Below are positions 1 through 7,372 of a stretch of DNA of 11,086 bases, piece by piece. A model generated the notes under the pieces. It worked only from the letters and a program-made list of their open reading frames with translations. It was not told the origin of the DNA and searched no databases. How positions within the stretch are numbered: position 1 is the first letter of the stretch; every line of letters begins with the position of its first letter. This DNA is from Archangiaceae bacterium. GTDB lineage: Bacteria; Myxococcota; Myxococcia; Myxococcales; Myxococcaceae. The translations under genes and the position numbers were made by a program. The stretch spans positions 1-11,086 of the forward strand of contig JAYVCD010000165.1 in assembly GCA_043750125.1 (NCBI GenBank). The letters are read 5' to 3'.

Positions 1-96
1 AACGAGCGCGACATCTACTCTGGCATTCTTCACACCCTGTCTGTGGATACCGCGGGCAGTGGGCTGCCCGATGCGAAGGCGTTCCGCAAAGTCTGA
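1..96 (+). CDS. 3' end of a CDS entering from the left (NERDIYSGILHTLSVDTAGSGLPDAKAFRKV*), product uncertain
   Basis: Frame +1 is open from base 1 to TGA at 94-96, which abuts the convergent LysR stop (97-99). Only 31 codons are visible. Confidence 0.55.
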   Translation, partial: NERDIYSGILHTLSVDTAGSGLPDAKAFRKV

Positions 97-1035
97 TCAG
101 CCGGCCTGCTGCACTTTCCACGGGCCGACGGCGAAGTGCTCGGTCAACAGGTCCAGAAACGCCCGCACCCGCGGAGCGACGTTTCGTGACGATGGGTAGA
201 CCGCGTGCATCGCGGCGGGAGGCACCGCGTAGTCGTCGAGGACCGCGACCAGCTTCCCCTTGGCCTCGGCTTCGGCAGCGAAGAACGAGGGGATGCGGGT
301 GATGCCGTGCCCGGCCATCGCGGCGTCGAGCAGCACGAAGAAGCTGTTGCAGGCGATGCGGGGTTTGATCGGCAGCAGCAGCCGGCGCCGGCGAACGATG
401 AAGGTCCACTTCGCTCCGCGCTCGCTGTTCGCGTAGACGATGCAGTCATGGCCTGCGAGGTCTCGGGGCGCGCCGGGAGTGCCGCGGCTGGCGAGGTATT
501 GCGGGCTGGCGTAGCAGCGAAAGCGGCCGTTGGCCTGGGCTTCGGGTCCTCCCACCGCGCGGGCGACGAGGCTCGAGTCGGCCAGCTCGCCCGCGCGCAG
601 CGCGAGATCAAAACCTTCGCTGATTAAATCGACGTAGCGATCGGTGAGGTCGAGCGTCACCCGGACTTCGGGGTACTGGCGGTAGTACTGCTCGAGGACG
701 GGTCCTAAAAACAGCTCGGCAAAAGACTGTGGCGCGGTGATTCGAAGCTGACCCCGGGGCGCGGCCTGAGTCTCGACTAGGCACTTCTGGGCTTCCACCA
801 ACGCCGCGAGCGCCGGGGCGCACTGCCGGTAGAAGGCTTCCCCCGCGTCGGTCAGCGCGACTTTGCGTGTCGTCCGCTGCAACAGCCGCAGCCCGAGGTG
901 GGCTTCGAGGTCGGCGAGCTTTCGGCTGACGGTCGACTTGGGAAGCCCGAGAGCGCGGGCTGCGCCTCGAAAGCCCTGGGCATCGACGACAGCTGAGAAA
1001 ACCTGCAGCGCATTGAGGTCGGGAAGGGGATCCAT
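97..1035 (-). CDS. LysR-family transcriptional regulator (CrgA/DmlR-like)
   Basis: N-terminal LysR HTH (LNALQVFSAVVDAQGFRGAARALGLPKSTVSRKLADLEAHLGLRLLQRTTRKVALTDAG) and effector domain with PRGQLRIT, VDLISEGFDLALR and PRVRAFLD motifs; 312 aa. Confidence 0.96.
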   Translation of the reverse strand: MDPLPDLNALQVFSAVVDAQGFRGAARALGLPKSTVSRKLADLEAHLGLRLLQRTTRKVALTDAGEAFYRQCAPALAALVEAQKCLVETQAAPRGQLRITAPQSFAELFLGPVLEQYYRQYPEVRVTLDLTDRYVDLISEGFDLALRAGELADSSLVARAVGGPEAQANGRFRCYASPQYLASRGTPGAPRDLAGHDCIVYANSERGAKWTFIVRRRRLLLPIKPRIACNSFFVLLDAAMAGHGITRIPSFFAAEAEAKGKLVAVLDDYAVPPAAMHAVYPSSRNVAPRVRAFLDLLTEHFAVGPWKVQQAG

Positions 1036-1056
1036 GGGCGGGCGGTCTGCTGTTTT

Positions 1057-1890
1057 TCAGGGGACGGGCGGCAACGGGGGCGTCGGGGTCGGCTCACCGG
1101 CCGCAAAATCTACGAACGCCTTCACCCACAGCAGGTTCACCTGGGTGCTGCGGTCGAGCGGAGTGGCGGTCGAGGTCTCGAGCGTCACCACCCAGCGGGT
1201 GCCTCGGCGACGAAAGTAGTCCGAGACGCTGCCGTCGTGATCCACGATCAACCCGCAGGCATCGGTGAGCTTGTTCTCGTAGACCTGAAGGTGAACCGCG
1301 GCCTTCGCGAATGGAATCGTGCGGCGCACCAACGCTTCGAAGGGCTCACGGGGCCCGAAGATGTACGCGTAGTGGCAGGGCCGTCGGACCCAGGCGTCCT
1401 GGTGGAGATCAATCGCCGCATGCGGAGTGCTCGAGCGCTCGAGGTCTGCGCGGACGGCGCGGGTCTCTTTCGGCCCTCCGTCGTAGAGGAACCAGCGCGA
1501 GAACGCCTCGCCCGAGGCCAGCTCGCCTTTGATGACCCCGCCCGCCGTTTCGTAGCGGAGGAAGTCGTTGTTCGGCTGCTCCCCGCTGGCGTTGTACCGG
1601 TGACCGGCTTCGAAGCCGCTGGGGTTGATGCAGGGGTAGAGCGTCAGCCCCACGTCCCGCGCGCGGGCGTAGGCGGCGATTTCTTCGAGGTGGTGCAGAC
1701 AGGTCAACGGGCCCGCGGGCTCTTCCCCGTGGAAGCCGGCGGTGATGACCAGCTTCACCCGACCGGAAGACTGAAGCTTCACCAACGGCCAGGGACGACC
1801 GAGCTCCTCGACCCGGCCGTACTCTGATTGCACCAGCGCGGCCGACTGCGCGGCGCGCTGAAGCTGCTCGAGGTAGTCGCTGTAAAGCAC
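1057..1890 (-). CDS. M14-family zinc metallocarboxypeptidase (succinylglutamate desuccinylase/aspartoacylase-like)
   Basis: Zn motif ITAGFHGEEPAG, PCINPSG..R.N, third-ligand motif IDLHQD and catalytic TLET; GTG start at 1890; Pro-rich tail. Confidence 0.88.
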   Translation of the reverse strand: MLYSDYLEQLQRAAQSAALVQSEYGRVEELGRPWPLVKLQSSGRVKLVITAGFHGEEPAGPLTCLHHLEEIAAYARARDVGLTLYPCINPSGFEAGHRYNASGEQPNNDFLRYETAGGVIKGELASGEAFSRWFLYDGGPKETRAVRADLERSSTPHAAIDLHQDAWVRRPCHYAYIFGPREPFEALVRRTIPFAKAAVHLQVYENKLTDACGLIVDHDGSVSDYFRRRGTRWVVTLETSTATPLDRSTQVNLLWVKAFVDFAAGEPTPTPPLPPVP

Positions 1891-1896
1891 CCACCG

Positions 1897-1902
1897 ACTC
1901 TA
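1897..1902 (-). promoter_or_regulatory. Putative -10 element (TAGAGT) of a leaderless M14 peptidase transcript
   Basis: TAnnnT hexamer exactly 6 nt before the GTG at 1890; only a weak GGTGG between them. Confidence 0.45.
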
Positions 1903-1940
1903 ACGGTGAGTGGGCGGCAAGACCCTTTTTCGGCGCGCCA

Positions 1941-1966
1941 GCTGCCCCAGCGCAGTCAGGGGCAGC
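1941..1966 (-). terminator. GC-rich hairpin downstream of the DUF1501-like gene (possible terminator or stabiliser)
   Basis: GCTGCCCC (1941-1948) and GGGGCAGC (1959-1966) form a perfect 8-bp stem with a 10-nt loop, 15 nt after the stop. There is no U-tract. Confidence 0.35.
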
Positions 1967-1981
1967 CGATGCGAACGGGGC

Positions 1982-3166
1982 TCAGAGCAAGATTGACGCG
2001 TGGGGGTTCGGCCCGAACAGCTGGGTCGGAGCCCGGGCGGCGGCGGCAAGGTAGGCCCAGAATTCCTTGATGCTCGGAGTCCCCGCGGGCAGCGAGACGT
2101 TGGAAGCGACCTTCCCGGTGGTGCCGTTCTTGACGTTCTTCCCAATCACGGTGGCGGTGAGGTTCCCCTGGTGATCGCTGCCCGGCAGGCTGCGCGAGAA
2201 GTCGCCGATGATCGCGACCATCACGTTCTTCCCGGGCTGGTTCAGGTTGCGGCTCAAGAACGTGTTCAGCGGCGGCAGAATGCGGGTGTTCATCATCGTG
2301 CGGACGTTCATTCCACTGGTGTCGCCGTGAGTGTCCCAGCCGCCGTCGGCCGCGTAGATGACGTTGGCGCCGGCGGCCACCATCAGCTCGGCGGCGACCA
2401 TCTGGGTGCGGAAGTTGGTCACTCCGGTGGTGGTGGGGGTGATGCCGTAGGCCTGGGTCAACGCGGTGTAGTCCAGCGCCAGCCCCTGCTTGCGAAGGGC
2501 GTCGACCCCGGTGACGAAGCCGTCATTGACGGTGCGAAGGCTCTTCGGGCTGCGCAGCAGTCCGCGGCGGGACATCGTGCTCGAGCCGACCATCGCTTCG
2601 GTCGCGATGTTCCGGTTGGGGACGGACGGGTCGCCGACGCTGCCGCCGAGCGCGACGATGGTGGCCTTCATGTCGGTGATTCCCTGCAGCGAAACGTCGC
2701 CCTCAGCGGGGCGGGGTCCCTCGGGCATCTTGCCGCCCACGACGGCGGCTTTGATCGCGGCGTCGCCTCCCAAGTCGCGCGCCAACTGCAGCACGTAGCT
2801 TCGGCCTCCCATGCTGACCATCTGGGGCTGGGCCGCTTCGTGGGCGGTGAGGCCGTGTCGAACCCCGACCGAAGCCATGTGGTCCTGCGCGTACTGGGGC
2901 ATCGTCCCGAAGGTCGAAGCGTCGATCGCCAGCCCGTTGGCCAGCTGCTTGACCGAGCCTGCGCTGGTTCCAAAAGCGCCGGTGCCGAGGAAGCTGTCGG
3001 CGCTGCCGAACAGGGCGTTGTAGCCCCCGTCGAGGAAGATGATCAGCAGCGTGGTGTGATCTCCAAGAGCGCTCTGGGCGAAAGAAGGTCCGACCCGGGA
3101 CATCGCGGCCAGTCCGGCCAGGCCGGCTGCACCTTGCATCATCGAGCGGCGGGAAAAGTTGCTCAT
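1982..3166 (-). CDS. Tat-exported DUF1501-like protein (alkaline phosphatase/sulfatase-like fold), 394 aa
   Basis: True start is the ATG at 3166 (GGAG RBS upstream), not 3802. Twin-arginine signal MSNFSRRSMMQGAAGLAGLAAM...SFA. DUF1501-type motifs IIFLDGG, GGWDTH, IGDFSR and SDH. Confidence 0.85.
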   Translation of the reverse strand: MSNFSRRSMMQGAAGLAGLAAMSRVGPSFAQSALGDHTTLLIIFLDGGYNALFGSADSFLGTGAFGTSAGSVKQLANGLAIDASTFGTMPQYAQDHMASVGVRHGLTAHEAAQPQMVSMGGRSYVLQLARDLGGDAAIKAAVVGGKMPEGPRPAEGDVSLQGITDMKATIVALGGSVGDPSVPNRNIATEAMVGSSTMSRRGLLRSPKSLRTVNDGFVTGVDALRKQGLALDYTALTQAYGITPTTTGVTNFRTQMVAAELMVAAGANVIYAADGGWDTHGDTSGMNVRTMMNTRILPPLNTFLSRNLNQPGKNVMVAIIGDFSRSLPGSDHQGNLTATVIGKNVKNGTTGKVASNVSLPAGTPSIKEFWAYLAAAARAPTQLFGPNPHASILL

Positions 3167-3192
3167 GGTCGGCTCCGAGGGCCTGCGAAAAA

Positions 3193-3852
3193 CTAGAAGG
3201 TGAGGAAGCTGGCGGACGAGAGGACTGAAGCGCAGGCGTAGGCCCACTTGCGGCGGGCGGCCGGCTCTTCGCCTGTCTTGGTGGTGACCATCTCGACGCA
3301 CGAGTCGAGCTCTTCGGCGTTCGGCTCGCGGCTCCAGAAGCGGTGGGCGAAGCTGCCGCACTTCAATCGGGCGTTCTCGGCGTTGGGCACCACGTCGTAC
3401 TCGGTGGCCGCGGTGAAGGTGAGGCAGCCGACGAAAGCGACGCGCATCGACGAGTAGAGCGAGACCGCGTTGGCTTCCGGCTCGAGGTACCAGCGGGGAG
3501 GCGTGTTGCCGAAGGTGTTCGAGAGCGTGTCGAGCAGCACCGGAGTGGTCCCCAGCACCCGGGCGTACTCGCCCCGCAGCGCGGTGAGCGGCTTGACGCG
3601 GTCGCGATCGAAGCCGACCTGGTCGTCGTCGCGCCCGACCTCGAGCCGGGTGCCGCCGAAGCCCTGGTAGTTGTAGCCCTGGTCGCACGTGGCTTCGACC
3701 GGCGTCTCGGGGTCGGGGGGGTTGACGGGCTTCACCACCGGTTCGCCGGGCACGTTGGGGTTTGCCTGCATCTTGATGTCGATGGTCGCGTGGTCCGCGC
3801 ACCCGGAAACCGCAGCCCAGACCAACACCGCAATCAGAGTCTTGAAGTTCAT
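3193..3852 (-). CDS. Cys-rich lipoprotein with a DUF1595/DUF1553-like helical C-terminus, 219 aa
   Basis: ATG at 3852 preceded by AAGAGA. Signal MNFKTLIAVLVWAAVSG-C (lipobox), Pro-rich linker, then RFWSREPNAEE and WAYACASVLSSASFL motifs. Confidence 0.8.
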   Translation of the reverse strand: MNFKTLIAVLVWAAVSGCADHATIDIKMQANPNVPGEPVVKPVNPPDPETPVEATCDQGYNYQGFGGTRLEVGRDDDQVGFDRDRVKPLTALRGEYARVLGTTPVLLDTLSNTFGNTPPRWYLEPEANAVSLYSSMRVAFVGCLTFTAATEYDVVPNAENARLKCGSFAHRFWSREPNAEELDSCVEMVTTKTGEEPAARRKWAYACASVLSSASFLTF

Positions 3853-3866
3853 GGGGGTCTCTTGGG

Positions 3867-4793
3867 CTACTGGCAAAAGCTGGGGTCTTTGACGACGGTG
3901 GCGATGGCGGCCTGCAGAGTTCCCTGGGTCCGAAATTCCTTCATGCAGCGGTCGAACACCGGGCCTTCGCAGCGGTTCTCGCGGCGGCCGTAGAGGAACT
4001 CGAACGCCATTCGGCAGGTGCGAAAGTTGAACGACTCGCTATTGGTGAGCGCGGTGACGAGCTCCTTGTCGTTGCTGACTTGAATCCCGCCGAGCATCGT
4101 GACCGGCGCGGTCAGCGTGGGAGGCGTGAAGGTCATCGTCGCTCCGGTGCCGACGCGGGTGCTCAGCACGCTGGACGCGGTGTCGAGGGCGAAGAGCCCG
4201 TCGTAGTGGCAGGCGCGGCAGCCGGACGCCTCGCGACCGGTCGCGGTGATGTCGGCGTCGGGCGAGTTGGTGCTGGGGGTGAGCTTGAGGCCGATGACGT
4301 TGTTGAAGATTCGATAGGCGGTCGACAGCTTGACCCCGTTGGGCTCGTTGCCCGCGTAGCGCTTGAGCCACGCCGGGCTGCGCATGTACCCCAGGCCGTT
4401 GGGGTCGGGCATCACCACCACCGCGTCGGCGGCATTCTTCTCGACCCGGTACTGGCCGATGAAGAGGTCGCGCCACGGCTTGTGCTTCGAGAGGACTTCC
4501 CAGGCGACGTAGTACGGAGCGTCCTCTTCGCTGGTCATTCCCGGGCCGCGGTTGAAGCTGGTGTTGGTGAAGCGGGCGAAGCGCTCGATGAAGTCGGTGG
4601 TGTCGAGCATGGCGTCGGCCAGCGCCTGGGGGTCAACCGACTGGAGCAGGTCCTGGGTCGGCGCTTTTCCCATCAGGGCGATCGACAACCGGACCGCGCA
4701 GCGCTCGCGCTTGTCGAGCTCTTCTGAGGTCTGGCCGCGGGCGGTGAAAGCAAACAGCCCCGCGAGGAGTGCGACTGAGATGAAGTTGCGCAC
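3867..4793 (-). CDS. Secreted CxxCH protein with DUF1549/DUF1588/DUF1585-like motifs (putative c-type haem protein), 308 aa
   Basis: GTG at 4793 with AGGAAGG RBS. Sec signal MRNFISVALLAGLFAFTARG. Motifs RLSIALMGKAPT, CRACH (4206-4220), FEFLYGR and IATVVKDPSF. Confidence 0.8.
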   Translation of the reverse strand: MRNFISVALLAGLFAFTARGQTSEELDKRERCAVRLSIALMGKAPTQDLLQSVDPQALADAMLDTTDFIERFARFTNTSFNRGPGMTSEEDAPYYVAWEVLSKHKPWRDLFIGQYRVEKNAADAVVVMPDPNGLGYMRSPAWLKRYAGNEPNGVKLSTAYRIFNNVIGLKLTPSTNSPDADITATGREASGCRACHYDGLFALDTASSVLSTRVGTGATMTFTPPTLTAPVTMLGGIQVSNDKELVTALTNSESFNFRTCRMAFEFLYGRRENRCEGPVFDRCMKEFRTQGTLQAAIATVVKDPSFCQ

Positions 4794-4849
4794 GGTGCCT
4801 TCCTGGGGATCGGTTAAGAGCGGCGACGGCTGATCCACGCGCCCTCCAG

Positions 4850-4865
4850 AGCAAGGGGGGTGCCG
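4850..4865 (-). promoter_or_regulatory. Sigma-54 (RpoN) -24/-12 promoter of the three-gene operon
   Basis: Minus strand reads CGGCAC-CCCCC-TTGCT, matching YGGCAC-N5-TTGCW with exact GG-N10-GC spacing, 56 nt upstream of the GTG at 4793. Confidence 0.8.
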
Positions 4866-4896
4866 CCCACTCAAGTGCTCAGTGTCTCTTGAAATG

Positions 4897-4913
4897 GGCA
4901 GGTGCCACCTGCC
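4897..4913. repeat. Perfect 8-1-8 inverted repeat upstream of the sigma-54 promoter
   Basis: GGCAGGTG-C-CACCTGCC. Confidence 0.6.
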
Positions 4914-5061
4914 GAGGTGTGTGGGGTGAGGACAGTTGTGCTCTTCGTGTGCATGCGCCTGTCTGCACCAACTTGTTTCGTCTCATCGGTCGGGGAGCCA
5001 GCTCAGCCATCAAGCGTGGGCGGCACACCCGTTGACTGCGGCAGGTCGAACGCGGGTCGGT

Positions 5062-5496
5062 TCAGGCGAACGGATCTTCGGTCTCGAGCTCGGGAAAGAG
5101 CGAGAAGTCGCGGTCGCGAGAGAGCAGAACTCCCACGCCGTGCGCCAGACACAGCGCCGCAACCCGGGCGTCATGAACGATGGGCCCCCTCACCCTCGGC
5201 CGTCGAAGCAGCCGCTCAAGGATGAGGACGAAGTCTTCTGTCTCGCTCAGAAGCCGTACCGAAGGAGCGGCCGCCCAGGCGCGAACCTGCTGCCAGGCCT
5301 GGTCGGGCGTGGCGGCGGACCCTTTCCAGATCTTCGAGTTGGTCACGACGCTGAAGAACTCGTAGAGGCACGGCCAGGGGATCGCCCACGGCTCAGGACC
5401 TTCAGCCAGTTCCGAGAGGCGAGCGGCGGCGGCGGCGTTCTCCCGCGCCTCGAGTCGATGGGCGTAGACGAGCACGTTGGTATCCACCGCGATCAT
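5062..5496 (-). CDS. vapC: VapC-family PIN-domain ribonuclease toxin, 144 aa
   Basis: MIAVDTNVLVYAH start motif, CLYEF, VHDARVAAL and SRDRDF acidic PIN residues. The ATG at 5496 lies 1 nt after the antitoxin stop. Confidence 0.93.
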   Translation of the reverse strand: MIAVDTNVLVYAHRLEARENAAAAARLSELAEGPEPWAIPWPCLYEFFSVVTNSKIWKGSAATPDQAWQQVRAWAAAPSVRLLSETEDFVLILERLLRRPRVRGPIVHDARVAALCLAHGVGVLLSRDRDFSLFPELETEDPFA

Positions 5497-5497
5497 C

Positions 5498-5737
5498 TCA
5501 GCGGCCCCCATAGATTTGATCCCGAAGGTCGGGCCAGCTCATTTCCTCGAGTGGGTTACGAGCCCCCCTGCGACCGGTTCTGCAGTCCGCGAGCCGATAG
5601 CGGCTCGGCGCGGCCACCTGGGTCAGCGCCAGCCGTAGGCCTTCTTCCACCACAGCCCGTAGGGGCTTTCCGGCCCGCTTGGCATACCGCTTGGCCCGGG
5701 CCAGCAGCTCATCAGAGAGGTCGAGCGTCGTCTTCAT
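5498..5737 (-). CDS. vapB: VapB-family ribbon-helix-helix antitoxin, 79 aa
   Basis: MKTTLDLSDELLARAKRYA...LRAVVEEGLR RHH pattern, immediately upstream of and tightly linked to vapC. Confidence 0.9.
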   Translation of the reverse strand: MKTTLDLSDELLARAKRYAKRAGKPLRAVVEEGLRLALTQVAAPSRYRLADCRTGRRGARNPLEEMSWPDLRDQIYGGR

Positions 5738-5743
5738 TCGGCA

Positions 5744-5779
5744 AGCATAGCCATCGCCATGAGTATGGGCCACCCATAC
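5744..5779 (-). promoter_or_regulatory. vapBC promoter/operator
   Basis: -10-like TATGCT (5749-5744) 6 nt before the ATG; perfect palindrome GTATGGG-CCA-CCCATAC (5763-5779); three CATnnn hexamers at 5746-5763. Confidence 0.65.
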
Positions 5780-5826
5780 CCTATTGCCGCGTCGTCCCAG
5801 GCTGCGCCCTCACCTCGGCGGGTCGT

Positions 5827-6894
5827 TCAGAAGCCGCGAATCTGGCAGTCCGGAAAGTACCTGGAGAGGATGGTTTTGCTGTCCAGCCCCTTCGCCGCCA
5901 TCGCCTTCGAGCCCTGTTGGCACAGGCCCACGCCATGACCCAGCCCCTGTCCCTTGAAGCGAATGAGGCCTTCGACCTGCTCCATCGTGACGCGCAGCGA
6001 CCGAAGGGCCCGCCAGCCGAAGCTTCGGCCGATGCGCGAGGCGAACTGGGGTCCGGTGTACCGCGTTCCGAAGGACTTCAGCTGAAGCACCCGGCCCGAC
6101 CCATCGCGGCGCAGGACCTCGAAGCTCGAGAGGTCGCTGTTCGGGTTGGCGTTGAGCGCGGTGGCGAGGGCCAGCCGTTCGACGCTCCATTCCCAGGCAA
6201 AGCCGTCGGCGTCTTTGCACCAGGGTCCGTCCGGGCCGGTGTCGCGGATGGCGGCGCCCGCTCCTTCCTCGCCGAAGACGTCAAGGGCCTTGCTGGTGCC
6301 GCCGCCGCAGGCGGAATGGAAGAAGGCGGGCTTGAGGACGACGCCCCCGACGAGCAGCACCTGCCCGGCCGTCTTCTTCACCGCCAGGCGCACGGCCGCC
6401 GACTCAACCTCTCGGCCGGGAAACAGCTGGCAATGGGCCAGGTCGCACAAGTCATGGCCAGCCTGGGTGTGGCGGCCGCGGCTGGCCAGCGCAAAGGTGC
6501 GTGAGACGATCGCCTGGGCCTCGAGCGCTGCGGGAGGCGAGCCGCCCGCTTCCGCCTCGACCACGCTGGGCAGGTAGTCTTCGACGTCGACCCGATTGAT
6601 GAAGCGCAGCACCTCGGCTTCGTTCGAGACCTGCAGCTTCGAAGCGTAGCGGCGCTTGAGTTCGCCGGCCGTCACCCGAATGTCCCCTTCGGCCGTCAAG
6701 ACGTCGCAGGCCTGGTCGGCTGCTTTGAGCCGCCGGTCGTGCGGGCTCACCGCCAGCGAGCGGACGGAGAGTTTCTTTCCATCGCAGCTGAAGCTGCCGG
6801 CTTCGAGTACCACGTCGGTCAGCCGGTCTCGCTCGAGCACCCGAACTTCGATCGGCGCGGCAGACAGGGCCAACAGCAGAATCGGAAGCGTCAT
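5827..6894 (-). CDS. SpoIID/LytB-domain protein (putative lytic transglycosylase), exported
   Basis: Short signal peptide; INRVDVEDYLPSVVEAE (catalytic Glu), ALEAQAIVSRTFA, DLCDLAHCQ, FHSACGG and GHGVGLCQQG motifs. Confidence 0.93.
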   Translation of the reverse strand: MTLPILLLALSAAPIEVRVLERDRLTDVVLEAGSFSCDGKKLSVRSLAVSPHDRRLKAADQACDVLTAEGDIRVTAGELKRRYASKLQVSNEAEVLRFINRVDVEDYLPSVVEAEAGGSPPAALEAQAIVSRTFALASRGRHTQAGHDLCDLAHCQLFPGREVESAAVRLAVKKTAGQVLLVGGVVLKPAFFHSACGGGTSKALDVFGEEGAGAAIRDTGPDGPWCKDADGFAWEWSVERLALATALNANPNSDLSSFEVLRRDGSGRVLQLKSFGTRYTGPQFASRIGRSFGWRALRSLRVTMEQVEGLIRFKGQGLGHGVGLCQQGSKAMAAKGLDSKTILSRYFPDCQIRGF

Positions 6895-6924
6895 GTGCGA
6901 GCGCAGGCATACCCCACCGCACTC

Positions 6925-7356
6925 TCAGGCGGTGTTGCGAAGAAACTGGGCCACTTCGGCGAAGCGCGCATCGAGGTAGCTGCGCACGTCGCCCTCGACC
7001 TTCCGCGCATCCATCGCTTTGGCCATCGAGCGCAGCCACGCATCGCGCATCGCTTCGTCGACCGGGGTGTGGGCGTGGCGCATCCGCAGTCGGGGGTGGC
7101 CATGCTGCGCGATGTAATCGTCGGGACCGCCGAGCCAGCCGATCAAGAACAACGCAAAGCGGTCGCGCATCACCCGGGTCACGTTGCCGGTTTCATCGCA
7201 TGGGTGAAGCGCGGTCAGCACCGGCTCGTGAAGCGCCATCGCGTCGTAGAACTCTTCGACCAGCGCGCGCACCGCGTCCGCACCGCCCAGGCGGTGCAAG
7301 GGCCCGTCCGCCGCGGTCGGCACCCAGCCTCCTTCGTTGATTCTCAAGCTGCTCAT
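6925..7356 (-). CDS. Group II (trHbO) truncated haemoglobin
   Basis: LGG..VRALVEEFY (B9-B10 FY), FLIGWLGGP..Y...GHPRLRMRH (proximal His F8) and RDAWL (Trp G8); His at the apparent CD1 position. Confidence 0.93.
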   Translation of the reverse strand: MSSLRINEGGWVPTAADGPLHRLGGADAVRALVEEFYDAMALHEPVLTALHPCDETGNVTRVMRDRFALFLIGWLGGPDDYIAQHGHPRLRMRHAHTPVDEAMRDAWLRSMAKAMDARKVEGDVRSYLDARFAEVAQFLRNTA

Positions 7357-7372
7357 TGGGCCGCTTGTCTAC

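Noticed and set aside
53-70. Hairpin CGGGCAG-TGGG-CTGCCCG as a LysR terminator
   Set aside because: Lies within the left-edge CDS and has no U-tract on either side.
3167-3802. N-terminal 212 aa of the 606-aa ORF 1982..3802
   Set aside because: Arg-rich off-frame read of the lipoprotein gene; the Tat signal and RBS place the real start at 3166.
4936-6504. 522-aa + strand ORF
   Set aside because: Antisense shadow of vapBC and spoIID; no motifs; such ORFs are expected in high-GC DNA.
5827-6894. Calling this gene spoIID with a sporulation function
   Set aside because: The SpoIID/LytB domain is widespread in bacteria that do not form endospores; only the domain is supported.
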